DNA of 64,000 nucleotides from Veleropilina oligotropha (taxonomy: Eukaryota). The stretch is taken from the NCBI GenBank assembly GCA_048128005.1, contig JBEUKZ010000002.1, forward strand, positions 124,001-188,000. The letters run 5' to 3'. How positions within the stretch are numbered: position 1 is the stretch's first letter; the number at the start of each line of letters is the position of its first letter. Shown in pieces: positions 41,301 through 53,745 of the stretch. The notes beneath the pieces were generated by a model. It had not been told where the DNA came from and did no database searches. It saw nothing but the letters and a program-made list of their open reading frames with translations. A program made the translations under genes and the position numbers.

Positions 41301-44300
41301 AAATGCTATTGTCGACACATGATCGGCCATTGTGGGTGGTTACCTGGACACGTCACATGCTACTGTTGACACATGATCGGCCATTTTGGGCGGTTACCAC
41401 GGACACCTCAAATGCTATTGTCGACACATGCCGGCCATTGTGTGTGGTTACCCCGGACACGTCAAATGCTATTGTTGACTCATGATCGGCCATTTTGGGT
41501 GGTTACCACGGACACCTCAAATGCTATTGTCGACACATGATCGACCATTGTGGTTGGTTACCCCGTACACGTCCATTGTGGGTGGTTACCCCGGACACGT
41601 CTAATGCTATTGTCGACACATGATCGGCCATTGTGGGTGGTTACCCCGGACACGTCAAATGCTATTGTTGACACATGATCGGCCATTTTGGGCGGTTACC
41701 ACGGACACCTCAAATGCTATTGTCGACAAATGACGGCCATTGTGTGTGGTTACCCCGGACGTCAAATGCTATTTTGACTCATGATCGGCCATTTTGGGTG
41801 GTTACCACGGACACCTCAAATGCTATTGTCGACACATGATCGACCATTGTGGGTGGCTACCCCGGACACGTCAAATACCGTTGTCGACACATGATCGGCC
41901 ATTATGGGTGGTTACCCCGGACACGTCAAATGCTATTGTTGACACATGATCGGCCATTTTGGGTGGTTACCACGGACACCTAAAATGCTATTGTCGAAAC
42001 ATGACGGCCATTGTGGGTGGTTACCCCAGACACCTCAAATGTTATGACACATGATCGACCATTGTGGGTGATTACCCCGGACACCTCAAATTATATTGTC
42101 GACAAATGATATACCATTGTGGATGGTTACCATGGATATGTCAACCGCTATTGTCGACACATGACGGCCATTGTGGGTGGTTACCCCGGACACCTCAAAT
42201 GCTATTGTTGACACATGATCGGCCATTGTGGGTGGTTACCCTGGACACGTCAAATGCTATTGTCGACACATGATCTGTCATTGTGAGTGGTTACTCCGGA
42301 CACGTCAAATGCTATTGTCGACACATGATCGGCCATTGTGGGTGGTTACCGTGGACACCGCAAATGCTATTGTCGACACATGACGGCCATTGTGGGTGGT
42401 TACCCCGGACACCTCAAATACGATTGTCGACACTTAATCGGCCATTGTGGGTGGTTACCCCGGATGCGTCAAATGATATTGTCGACACATTATCGGCCAT
42501 TGTGGGTGGTTACCTCGGACACCTCAAATGCTATTGTCAACACATGATATGCCACTGTGGGTGATACCCCGGACACCTCCCTCAAATGCTATTGTCGACA
42601 CATTATCGGCCATTTTGGGTGGTTACCCCGGACACCGCAAATGCTATTGTCGACATATGATATACCATTGTGGGTGGTTACCCCGGACACCTCAAATGGT
42701 CATGTCGACACATAATCAGCCATTGTGGGTGGTTACCACGGACACCTCATATGCTATTGTAGACACATGATCGGCCATTGTGGGTGGTTACCCCAGACAT
42801 CTCAAATGCTATTTTCGATACTTGATCGGCCACTGTGGGTGGTTACCCTGGACGCATTAAATGCTATTGACGATACATTATCGGCCATTGTGGGTGGTTA
42901 TCCCGGACACGTCAAATGATATTGTTGACACATGATCGGCCATTGTGGGTGGTTACCCCGGACACCTCAAATGCTCTTGTCGACACATGACGGCCATTGT
43001 CGGTGGTTACCCAGGCGCCTCAAATGTTATTGTCGACACATGATATGCCATTGTGGGTGGTTACCCAGGACATGTCAAATGCTATTGTCGACACATGATC
43101 GGCCATTGTGGGTGGTTACCCCAGACACGTCAAATGCTATTGTCGACACATGATCGGCCATTGTGGGTGGTTACCCCGGACACGGTCAAATGCTTTTGCT
43201 GACACATGATCGGCCATTTTGGGCGGTTACCACTGACACCTCACATGATATTGTCGACACATGACGGCCATTGTGTGTGGTTACCCCGGACACGTCAATG
43301 CTATTGTTGACTCATGATCGGCCATTTTGGGTGGTTACCACGGACACCGCAAATGCTATTGTCGATACATGATCGACCATTGCGGTTGGTTACCCCAGAC
43401 ACGTCCATTGTGGGTGGTTACCCCGGACACGTCTAATGCTATTGTCGACACATGATCGTCCATTGTGGGTGGTTACCACGGACACGTCAAATGCTATTGT
43501 TGACACATGATCGGCCATTTTGGGCGGTTACCACGGACACCTCAAATGCTATTGTCGACAAATGACGGCCATTCTGTGTGGTTACCCCGGACACGTCAAA
43601 TTCTATTGTTGACTCATGATCGGCCATTTTGGGTGGTTACCACGGACACCTCAAATGCTATTATCGACACATGATCGACCATTGTGGGTGGTTACCCCGG
43701 ACACGTCAAATGCTATTGTCGACACATGATCGGCAATTGTGGGTGGTTCCCCGAACACGTCAAATGCTATTGTCGACACATGATCGGCCGTTGTTGGGGG
43801 TTACCCTGGACACCTTAAATGCTATTGTTGACACATGACGGCCATTGTGGGTGGTTACCCCGTACACCTCAAATGCTATTGTCAATGCATGATCGACCAT
43901 TGGGGGCGGTTACCCCGGACACCTCAAATGCTATTGTCGACAAATGATATGCCATTGCGGATGGTTACCCCAGATACGTCAACTGCTATTGTCGACACAT
44001 GACGGCCATTGTGGGTGGTTACCCCGGACACCTCAAATGCTATTGTCGACACATGATCGGCCATTGTGGGTGGTTACCCGGACACCTCAAATGCTATTGT
44101 CGACAAATGATATGCCATTGTGGATGGTTACCCCAAACACGTCAACTGCTATTGTCGACACATCATCGGCCATTGTGGGTGAATACCCCGACACGTCAAA
44201 TGCTATTGTCGACACATGATCGGTCATTGTGTGTGGTTACCCCGGACATGTCAAATGCTATTGCCGACACATGATCGTCCATTGTGGGTGGTTACCGCGG

Positions 44301-45780
44301 GCACCTCAAATGCTATTGTCGACACATGATGGCCATTGTGGGTGGTTACCCTGGACACCTCAAATGCTATTGTTGATACTTGATTGGCCATTGTGGGTGG
44401 TTACCCCGGACGCGTCAAATGCTACTGTCGACACATTATCGGCCATTGTGGGTTGTTACCCCGGACACCTCAAATGCTATTGTCGACACATGATCTGCCA
44501 TTGTGGGTGGTTACCTCGGACACCTCAAATGCTATTGTCGACACATGATATGCCCTTTTGGGTGGTTACCTCGGACACCTCAAATGCTATTGTCGACACA
44601 TGATCGGCCATTGTGGGTGGTTACCCCGGTGACCTCAAATGCTATTGTCGACACATGATCGGCCATTGTGGGTGGCTACCTCGGACACCTCAAATGCTAT
44701 TGTCGACACATGATATGCCCTTTTGGGTGGTTACACCGGACACCTCCCTCAAATGCTATTGTCGACACATTATCGGCCATTTTGGGTGGTTACCCCGGAC
44801 ACCTCAAATGCTAATGTCGACACATGATTGGCAATTGTGGGTGGTTTCCCCGGATACCTCAAATTTTAACATTTCTACTCTTGAAAACCGAAGAAAATAT
44901 TGTGATATTGTATTTTTAAACAAAGTTGTTAACTCTCATTTAATTGCCCTTATCTTACTTCTCAGATCTGTTATCATGTACCATTACGGGCAACTAGACA
45001 TAGACAAATATTTTATCCGCCTGGCAGTCGGATCAACATTCGCAGAAACACAATCTCTATTACAGCCCAAAGATATTTTAACAGGCTGCAAGCGCATACC
45101 GACATTGATATTTTTACAAGTTTGAAATCTTTTAAACGTCAATGTAAAAATGTACTTTTTTAAATAGACAGTTTTAAAACATGAATTTGGTGTTTAATCC
45201 CACTGTATCTTATTTTAATGTTTAACATGTAAATACTTTTAATTGTGTATATTACTAATTTTATTTCTTTAGTACTTTTTAATCTATTTTATCGTTTTTT
45301 ATATCTATATTTATGTTTATGTGTTATTGATCCTGTCACTGGGTCCTGTGGATCTGTTGGATTTGATATGCTATGGTCGACACATGATCGGCTATTGCGG
45401 GTAGTTATCCCGGCCACCGCAAATGCTATTGTCGACACATGATCGGCCATTGTGGGTGGTTACCACGGACACCTCAAAATGCCATTGCCAACACATGCTC
45501 GGCCATTGTGTGTGGTTACCCCGGACACCTCAAATGCTATTGTCGACACATTATCGGCCATTGTGGTTGGTTACCCCGGACACCTCAAATGCTATTGTCG
45601 ACACATGATCGGCCATTGAGGGTGGTTACCCCGGACACCTCAAATGCTATTGTCGGCACTTGATCGGCCATTGTGGGTGGTTACCCAGGACACCTCAAAT
45701 GCTATTGTCAACACATGATCGGCCATTGTGGGTGGTTACCCCGGACACCTCAAATGCTATTGTCGACACATGATCGACAT
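29312..45780. repeat. 55-bp satellite array with a 4710-bp higher-order repeat in its core
   Basis: Consensus acacatgatcggccattgtgggtggttaccccggacacctcaaatgctattgtcg. Identical ORF patterns recur at 30507 / 35217 / 39927. Confidence 0.97.
44865..45367 (+). mobile_element. LINE 3' fragment inserted into the satellite
   Basis: Reads FNISTLENRRKYCDIVFLNKVVNS (typical LxxRR RT C-terminus) followed by a T-rich 3' UTR. The satellite resumes in register after it. Confidence 0.65.
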
Positions 45781-46061
45781 GAATTGCCAATATAACTATA
45801 AGTTAGATGGCGGATTGTAGGGTCTTATCAAAATAGACGTCGAGCCCGTAGGGCGGGACTACTTTTTGATAAGAGTTTACAAGTTTCCGCTTAACCAACT
45901 TAGAAGCTCATTTCATTTATCCACACAAATTAATTATAATTGTCAAATTTGAAAATCTGTTTATTTTATCGAAACATATATTCATTAAAAAATAATTTGT
46001 TTTTACCATTATATCAAGAAGATGCATATGGACATTACTACCTGTCATCCCTATTCTTAAT

Positions 46062-47332
46062 TAGACGCTCAGTCACGAGTGACCGCATATGTATCCCCGG
46101 TAATGACCTGTCTAGAGCGATCACAAATAATTATTTTTTTAAATCCAAGATGGAGGTCACAGCTATAATCTTTGAGGCCGGACCACACCCAAAATCTATA
46201 GGTGTTGTGTCCCCACCCAAATCAATGCACATACCAAATTTGAAACAGTCCGTTAAGAAAAGACCTGTCTAGAGCAATCAAGAGGAATCTCTCGACAGCG
46301 GCCATCTTGGAGGTCGGCCCACACCCGAGATCTTTAAGTGTAGTGTCCTCACCCAAACCAATGCACATACCAAATTTGAAAACATTCCATGGCCTGTCTA
46401 GAGCGATCACGAGAATCTCTCGACGGTGGCCATCTTGGAGGTCGGACCACACCCGAGATCTATAAGTGTAGTGTCATCATGCACCCAAACCAACGCACAT
46501 ACCAAATTTGAAAACATTCCGTTGAGAAATGACATGTCTCTAAAGAGCGATCACAAGCAATTATGATGGCCGTGGCGGCCATCTTGCAGGTGTCGAGTCC
46601 TCGCCCCAACCAATGCACATGCCAAATTTGAAAACATTGCGTTAAGAATTGACCTATCTAGGGCGATCACAAGGAATTATGCTTAAAATTCAAGATGGAG
46701 GCTACATCGGCCATCTTTTATGTCGGACCATGCCCAAAGATCTATAGGTGTCGTGTCCTCGCCCCAGCCAATGCACATACCAAATTTGAAAAACAATACG
46801 TTAAGAAATGGCCCGTCAAGAGCGGTAACGAGGAATCTATCGGCGGTCGCGGTGGCCGCCATCTTGGAGGTCGGACCACACCCAAAATATATAGGCGCCG
46901 TGTCCACGTCCCAACCATTGCACATACAAAATGTGAAAGCATTCCGTTAAGAAATGACCTCCCTAGAGCGATCACAAGGAATTATGCTTTAAAATCTAAG
47001 ATGGAGGCCGTGGCGGCCATCTTGGAGGTCGGACAACACCCATATATAGGTGTCGTGTCCTCGCCCCAACCAATGTACATACCAAATTTCGTTAAGAAAT
47101 GGGCTGTCCAGAGCGATGACGAGGAATATATCGGCAGACGCGGCGGCGGCCATCTTGGAGGTCGGACCATACCCCAAATCTATAGATGTCGTGTCCCCGC
47201 CCCAACTAATGCACATACAAAATTTGAAAACATTCCGTTACGAAATGACCTTGCTAGTGCGATCACGAGGAATCCCTCGACGGCGGCGGCGTAACGGACG
47301 CTAAACCATACTTTCGTTTCGGGGGATACAAT
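46062..47332 (-). mobile_element. HINE-like element, same broad family as 2674-3474
   Basis: gtcac-ga-gtgac hairpin plus tgtatcccc at the left end; (gcg)n and ggggataca at the right end; tandem ggcggccatcttggaggtcggaccacaccc units. Confidence 0.75.
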
Positions 47333-48445
47333 AATAGAATCAAGCACCACATTGAGTTCCAGATAGAGAAATGTCAGTCGAGGGTGGGATGGTGCAACAA
47401 ATCACAACCGAGGCGCTAGCCGAGGTTGGGATGTTGCACCATCACACCTGAGACTGATATTTCTCTATCTGGAACTCGAATGTGGGGCTTGATTATTTTT
47501 CTTGCACCAAAAACACCTTGAAAAAGCTATTTCCATATGTTTTTACCTTGCGTATTCAAATAACCCAATCACCCACCAGTTGTTCTTCCGACGCAATCAA
47601 ATATAATTCCGTACTTATGGAATAAATATTTTTTTAATTTCGTCAGTATTATTAAATAATAATTGTAAAAGGCAACAACATGTTAAATATTTAATCATAT
47701 AGTTCATATATTGAGAGAAAGCTCGAGCAATCAATTTGACAGTGATGTCACTTTCAAAAGCTATTTCCAGTATTCGAAAAGCCCAATCACTTACCAGTTG
47801 TTCTTCCGACGCAATCAAATATAGTTCCGTACTTATGGAATAAATATTTACTCAATTTGATTGGTATCTTTAAAATAATAATAACTGAAAGTCAACGAAA
47901 TGCTAAGTATTTAAAATCATAACAGATTAAAAGAAAGCTCGGACTATAAAACTGACAAGAAGTTATGTCACTATCGCAATGTTATAAATAAATCAGTTTA
48001 AAATGTATTTGCTTTATGTTCGCCTTTGCTGCCGTACGCTTTATGGTGCATTTACCGTAAGTTTGTTACACCAAGTAACTGAGTGGCAAGCGAACAACGT
48101 ATTTTGCTGGGATTTTTCACGGTGGTTGCAGCTTGTAGAATGAATTATCAGCGATGGAGTAGTCTGTATGTCTAAGGCCATGGTAAGTTGTGTAGATAGT
48201 TATGGGACATCGATTTGGTGTTCCTGGTGTAGCTTACATGCATGGTTTAGTGCGATATACAGAGATGTCAGCCCAAATGGGTGTCTTTGTTCCGATCCGC
48301 CATTTTTGTTTACAAACATTGCAGATGACGTGCGTAGGAATACACATTGTGCTAGACAGCATTTGCGTATGTATACAAAGTGTTCGAGATATAATTTTCC
48401 AGCACCAGTAAAAAATGGGATCAGTCTATCTCAGGTGCGAGAATA
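47333..48445. mobile_element. Non-autonomous element with a ~165-bp terminal palindrome, possibly Crypton-type
   Basis: Palindrome 47335-47498 centred on ccgaggcgctagccgagg; tcttgcacc (~47500) mirrored by ggtgcgaga (~48433); internal ~237-bp duplication at 47520-47950. Confidence 0.45.
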
Positions 48446-50094
48446 ATGGATAAGGCATTGCAAATAATAGACCTGATAAAGTACCGTCTTCGGCAATAAG
48501 TGACGAGACATATCGCGTTCTCATTGGTCGAAAAATGAAATTGGCTTCTAAACCAAAAAAGAAGCGCAATTCAAAGACTTCATATGTACCGGGCTTCATA
48601 TACGAGAAGTTGTTATTGTATAATCATGTCAGCAATATTGAGTAAGGCAAACATTGCAGCCCGCCTCTGTTCCAAGGTACTAGTACTTGACAGGTATTAC
48701 AGTCTCTTTGTTGCGTATATTTTTTCTGTATTGAAGAAACTTATTGACTTCGGATCTCTGTCACCGAATGATACTCATTAGCTCACATAAACACTGTGAA
48801 TAGCATATACTGTTAGTTAGCGAGGTTATATTTATTACATTGCCACATATGAAGCATATTATTATATATACCCGACTGTTTAACGTCTCTATTTGATCGG
48901 ACGAATTATGGTGGATATAACTGTGTACGGTTTCTATTATCCCTATATGAAGCTTATATACTGTTAGCTAGTGAGGTAATATTTATTACATAGCCACGTG
49001 TGAAGCATATTATTATATACATCCGACCGATTAACGTCTCTATTTTATCGAACGAATTATGGGGGAGATAACTGTGTTCGGTTTCTATTATCACTATATG
49101 CATAACATATACTGATAGTTAGTGAGGTTATATTTCTTACATGTGAAGCATATTATTATATATTTGACTGTTTAATATCTAGACCTGATCGGAAGAAGTA
49201 TGGGGAGATAACTGTGTTCTGTTTCTATTATTCCTTTATGAATCTCTTATACCATTAGTTATATTTTTCATTGCAGTTTGTGATGCATATATTTCATATT
49301 GGACTGTTTAACATCTCCACTTGATCAGATGAACACAAGGTTTACAGTATATCTGACCGATATATTTCTTCTATTATTATAAGCGGTAGAATATGCCGCC
49401 GGCTGGCCTCGAACCTGAGCCCTCCTGGCTGCCTCGGTTGAGTGTCTGATTCGCTAACCACTCACCCACCGATGCAGTTATGTGATTATGATTAGATGAA
49501 CTATTTAAGTGTTATATAGTGAATTTTCACCAAACAATTATATAGGCCTACTTACATTGTCATGTCATTGTTCATTCTGAATGTTCATAGCACATCTGAT
49601 TATATTGTCGCCAAATGATTATTTATACGTCCGTGGTGTTACTAAATATGGCCACATTGTTACTATAAATAGCTTTACCGGAAGTGGATGCTGATTGGTT
49701 AAACATGATGTCATTACATGACCGGAAGTGCTCTCTGATTGGTTAATCTGACAGCATTGAATCTTTTGACCATGCATTCTATGCCATCTGCTATCCTCTC
49801 TCTGTAGTATATTGTGCACAGACATTGTCAATAAAAACATAAAACAATTATTATATTTATTATTTATTAATCACTTTCATTATATTAAATACATTTATTC
49901 CTTTTCTTCATCCGTCTCGTCGCTGTCACCTTCACCTTCAGAAGATTCAGATTGCCAGTATGTTTCGATTTCAGGTTGTTATTTTTTGACGGCCATATTG
50001 ATAGAGGCTTTTGATCCATGACCTCGTTCTAAGTATTTATTCATGTTGTCCACCACTTTATTGTGTACTTTTCCGTGTCTTAATCTTTTTATGT

Positions 50095-52470
50095 TGTCAC
50101 AAATTGGTGACAGTCATATCAATATTTTTACGATTGAAAACATCACATTATATATTTATGCCATAATCTGTTTTATAACTCTGTTTAATTATATGTCCGA
50201 ATAGTTATGTGTTAGTGTTGTTCTATGGCAATGTATTATGGCACACCGGCAAGGTTGAATGAACATTAGCGGCTGGGGTCTAGCAGACATGCATGATTTT
50301 ATCATGTTCAGGGTCGAATGCATTCTCACTTGCTTTTTTATTTGATACCAATATAATACGGGTGTTGAGTGGAAGTGTTGATGTTGGATTGTAAATGTGT
50401 TATTTATAGTGTTTGTTGGATATTTTGTATGACATTTGTGATATTATGCAGACAAGATGAACACTGTTCATTAAGGTGACAAATGTCAGACTGAGAGGAT
50501 ATATAAGGACGTTGTAATGCTATGTGAGGCAGTTGAGTCAACGACAGGGAAAGGCATGTACATGGCCGTGTGATGATGTTAGCCCTTATGGAGACAAGGA
50601 TATACTATTTCGTTGTGTTTTGGAGAAACCTTTGCTACGCCAAAGAAGATTTACGCTGAGTGCATCGATGTTGTGAGTAGCTATGAGAACTGTGATATTG
50701 ATGTATATGATATGATCATGGACTTGATCGCTGTGTGTGTCCCTGGACTTTATCGCTGTGTGTGTCCCTGGATTTGATGGCTGTGTGCGTCCCTGGATTT
50801 GATCGCTGGGAGTGTCCCTGGATTTGATCGCCGTGTACATCCCTGGACTTGATCGCTGTGTGCGTCCCTGGACTTGATCGCTGTGTGCATCCCTGGACTC
50901 TATCGCTGTGTGCCTGGAAGAGTGGAATTGATAGTACCGTGATATTAAAGATTGCGTCTCGGGGCTCAATCGTTGCGTTCGCTGGAGTAGGAGTGCGTGT
51001 TCAAGGCCATTGTCGTGCGCTTAGGATCGAATAAGGAACAGGAAAGCAATGGACTGAAATCATTATATCTTATATTATATTCATCCAATTGTATGTTTGT
51101 GTTGCGTGCTGCGAGCAGCACCCCATTGTATATATGATCATTGCCGGTACATCTTGTCATTGTATTGTATAATTTTATGCATTAGACATGTCCAATTGTC
51201 TGTCTGTGATGCGTGCTGCGAGCAACACATAATTGCATCTTTACTTGTCATATTTTTGTACATATACATGTATATATATTTATATTGTTGGTGACTATTA
51301 AATTGTATAATTACTATTTATGTTGCGTCTACGCATGCACCCATTTAAATGTCAAATCAAGTATCATAAACGAGCCCTATGTCACTCACATAACAGCAAA
51401 CTGTGACAATTGATAGTACGGATTGGGTGTTTCGCTGTTAAATGTTTGTATTCGAACACAACCTGTATATTTGAATTTGAATGTTTACTTTTGCATACAT
51501 GTGTCGCTTACATAAATATAAAACAATTTTAAACAATCGCGATCATGCTATCAACAAAATTGAATTTGTTACATGTGTTGCAAAATGCTAAAATTTTTAA
51601 AGGTTGTACATATTATTGAGCGAAAATAAGACTTATTGATTTTGTGTGTGAGAGCTATTGTAATGAATATGGATTTTGAACACTTTATAAAGATTGGTAT
51701 ATGATTAGGACTAATGGAACAGAAACTGATTGATTTTGCTGAAAATCGCGAGAAGAAAACTATGGAAAAAGAACTAGCAGAAAGAGAAAGTGAGGGAGCA
51801 GAAAGAGACAGAAGAACGGGTTTTAGAAAGAGAGGCTAAAAGAAATATGGCTGAAATAGAAAACAAAAGATTGGAAAGAGAAAGAGAACTGGAAAGAGCG
51901 AGACACCACGACACTACACGCTTAGACGACAGCAGGAGAAACAACGGCAACCATGGCAGTAAAGCTAAAAGCCCAAAGCTCCCATCATTTAATGAAGATA
52001 AAGATGATTGGGTAATCAACCTCAGCGCCCTACTCACCAGCAAAGGGCTCGAAGTTTATTCCAGACTGCCAGCAGATCAAGCTTTAGATTATTCCAAATT
52101 GAAGGATGCCCTTTTAAAACGGTTCCTGCTAACAGAAGAAGGCTTTCACCAAAAGTTCCATTGTGCAAAACCAGAAATCAGTGAAAATGCGTCCCAGTTC
52201 GTTGCCCGGCTAAGCAACTACTTGATGAGATGGATAACCTTGGGAAAAGTTGAGCACATGTTTGAAGGATTGGTGGATATGCTAATAAAGGAACAGTTCA
52301 TATCAGCCTGCGGTGTTGAGTTATCTCTTTTCCTCAAAGAAAGAACTCCCTGTACATCTAGTGAAATGGCAAGACTAGCGGAACAGTTCACGGAAGCTCG
52401 AGGCGGATCATTTGGAAATTCTATTTCATTCACGAAGAAGATGACGACTACTAACACGCTGCTGCTATAA
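50095..52470 (+). mobile_element. Truncated Ty3/Gypsy (Gmr1-like) element: single LTR 50095-51408 plus gag
   Basis: LTR bounded by TGTCACA...TGTGACA, with an internal 25-bp minisatellite at 50720-50910. Gag starts at ~51669. No pol or 3' LTR. Confidence 0.8.
51669..52470 (+). pseudogene. Gag with SCAN-like domain, disrupted
   Basis: PKLPSFNEDKDD...LSALLTSKGLEVYSRLP...DYSKLKDALLKRFLLTEEGF..KF...EQFISAC...LKERTP, with an early stop codon and a frameshift. Confidence 0.8.
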
Positions 52471-52559
52471 TAATTATCAATTTGAAGATGCAAAGAAACA
52501 ACCATATGGCTATATACTTTTGGATTTTAAAGTGCATACACCTGAAATGAATCGAATTC

Positions 52560-53241
52560 GATCAAATGTATTGGAGAGAGATTATTTCAATGATGAATCG
52601 AAAAGAGGCTCGCACAGACAAATCATCATGTTATATCAGGCGAATATAACCCATATATAAATCAACATGTAGCAGAGATTGATAGTTATTATAGCAGCAG
52701 CGAAGAGGAAGACATGATCTCCTGCAATTATTGTGGCTTATTATTTGATCATAGTTCAAGTTTACAAGAGCATGTAAAAGATTGGTGTCACGGAAATTCC
52801 AAAAAAGAAAATTAGATGCGGACAAAATAAAAAAAGAATAAAAAATGATTGATGAAGAATCAAGTGTTTGTTCAACTCATGAAGTTAATCCATGATAAAA
52901 ATAAAGTCCTATTTGGAGGAAAATATGACAGATACATAAAGGGAGGGTTAAACGATGAAGAGGCAGCGGAAAAAAACAACGACAAGTTATATCTTGAGGA
53001 TTTAGTACAAGTCGTGAATAAATATAAGGAAATACTGTTCTACATTAAAAGATTAAGACACGGAAAAGTATATAATAAAGTGGTGGACAAAATGAATAAA
53101 TACTTAGAACAAGGTCATGATTCAAAATCCTCTATCAATATGGCCGTGCAAAAATTACAACCTGAAATCGAAACATTCTGGCAATCTGAATCTTCTGAAG
53201 GTGAAGGTGACAGCGACGAGACGGATGAAGAAAAGGAATAA
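52560..53241 (+). pseudogene. Degraded zinc-finger / helical protein with an acidic tail
   Basis: ISCNYCGLLFDHSSSLQEHVKDWC at ~52716-52790 lies upstream of ORF 52849..53241; AATAAA follows the stop. Function not assignable from sequence. Confidence 0.5.
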
Positions 53242-53660
53242 ATGTATTTAATATAATGAAAGTGATTAATAAATAATAAATATATTAATTGTTTTATGTT
53301 TTTATTGACAATGTCTGTGCACAATATACTACAGAGAGAGGATAGCAGATGATATAGAAATGTCAAATGGTAAAACTATTTGCTATGAATAGTATGCATG
53401 GTCAAAAGATTCAATGTATTTAAAAGCAGCTGTAAGATTAACCAATCAGAGAGCACTTCCGGTCATGTAATGACATCATTTTTAACCAATCAGCATCCAC
53501 TTCCGGTCAAGATATTTATAGTAACAATGTGGCTATATTTAGTAACACCACGGATGTATAAATAATCAGTTGACGACAATATGATCAGATGCGCTATGAA
53601 CATTCAGCATGAACAATGACATGACAATGTAAGTAGTTCATCTAATCATAATCACATAAC

Positions 53661-53745
53661 TGCATCGGTGGGCGAGTGGTTAGCGAATCAGACACTCAAC
53701 CGAGGCAGCCAGGAGGGCTCAGGTTCGAGGCCAGCTGGTGGCATA
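53661..53745 (+). other. tRNA-like Pol III head (A and B boxes); inverted copy at ~49393-49477
   Basis: ggtgggcgagtggttagcg (A box) and ggttcgaggcc (B box), but stems pair poorly. Confidence 0.45.

Noticed and set aside
29138..45663. Dozens of Cys/His-rich ORFs (MIGHCGWLPRTPQ...) as a repetitive protein gene
   Set aside because: They are translations of the satellite. A 55-bp unit cycles through all frames and hits a consensus TGA, and variants include frameshifting indels.
29312..45780. CRISPR array
   Set aside because: Units are contiguous 55-bp monomers with point variants only. There are no unique spacers and no cas genes, and the context is eukaryotic.
53661..53745. Functional tRNA gene
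   Set aside because: A and B boxes are present, but acceptor, anticodon and T stems do not pair well; kept only as a tRNA-like head.
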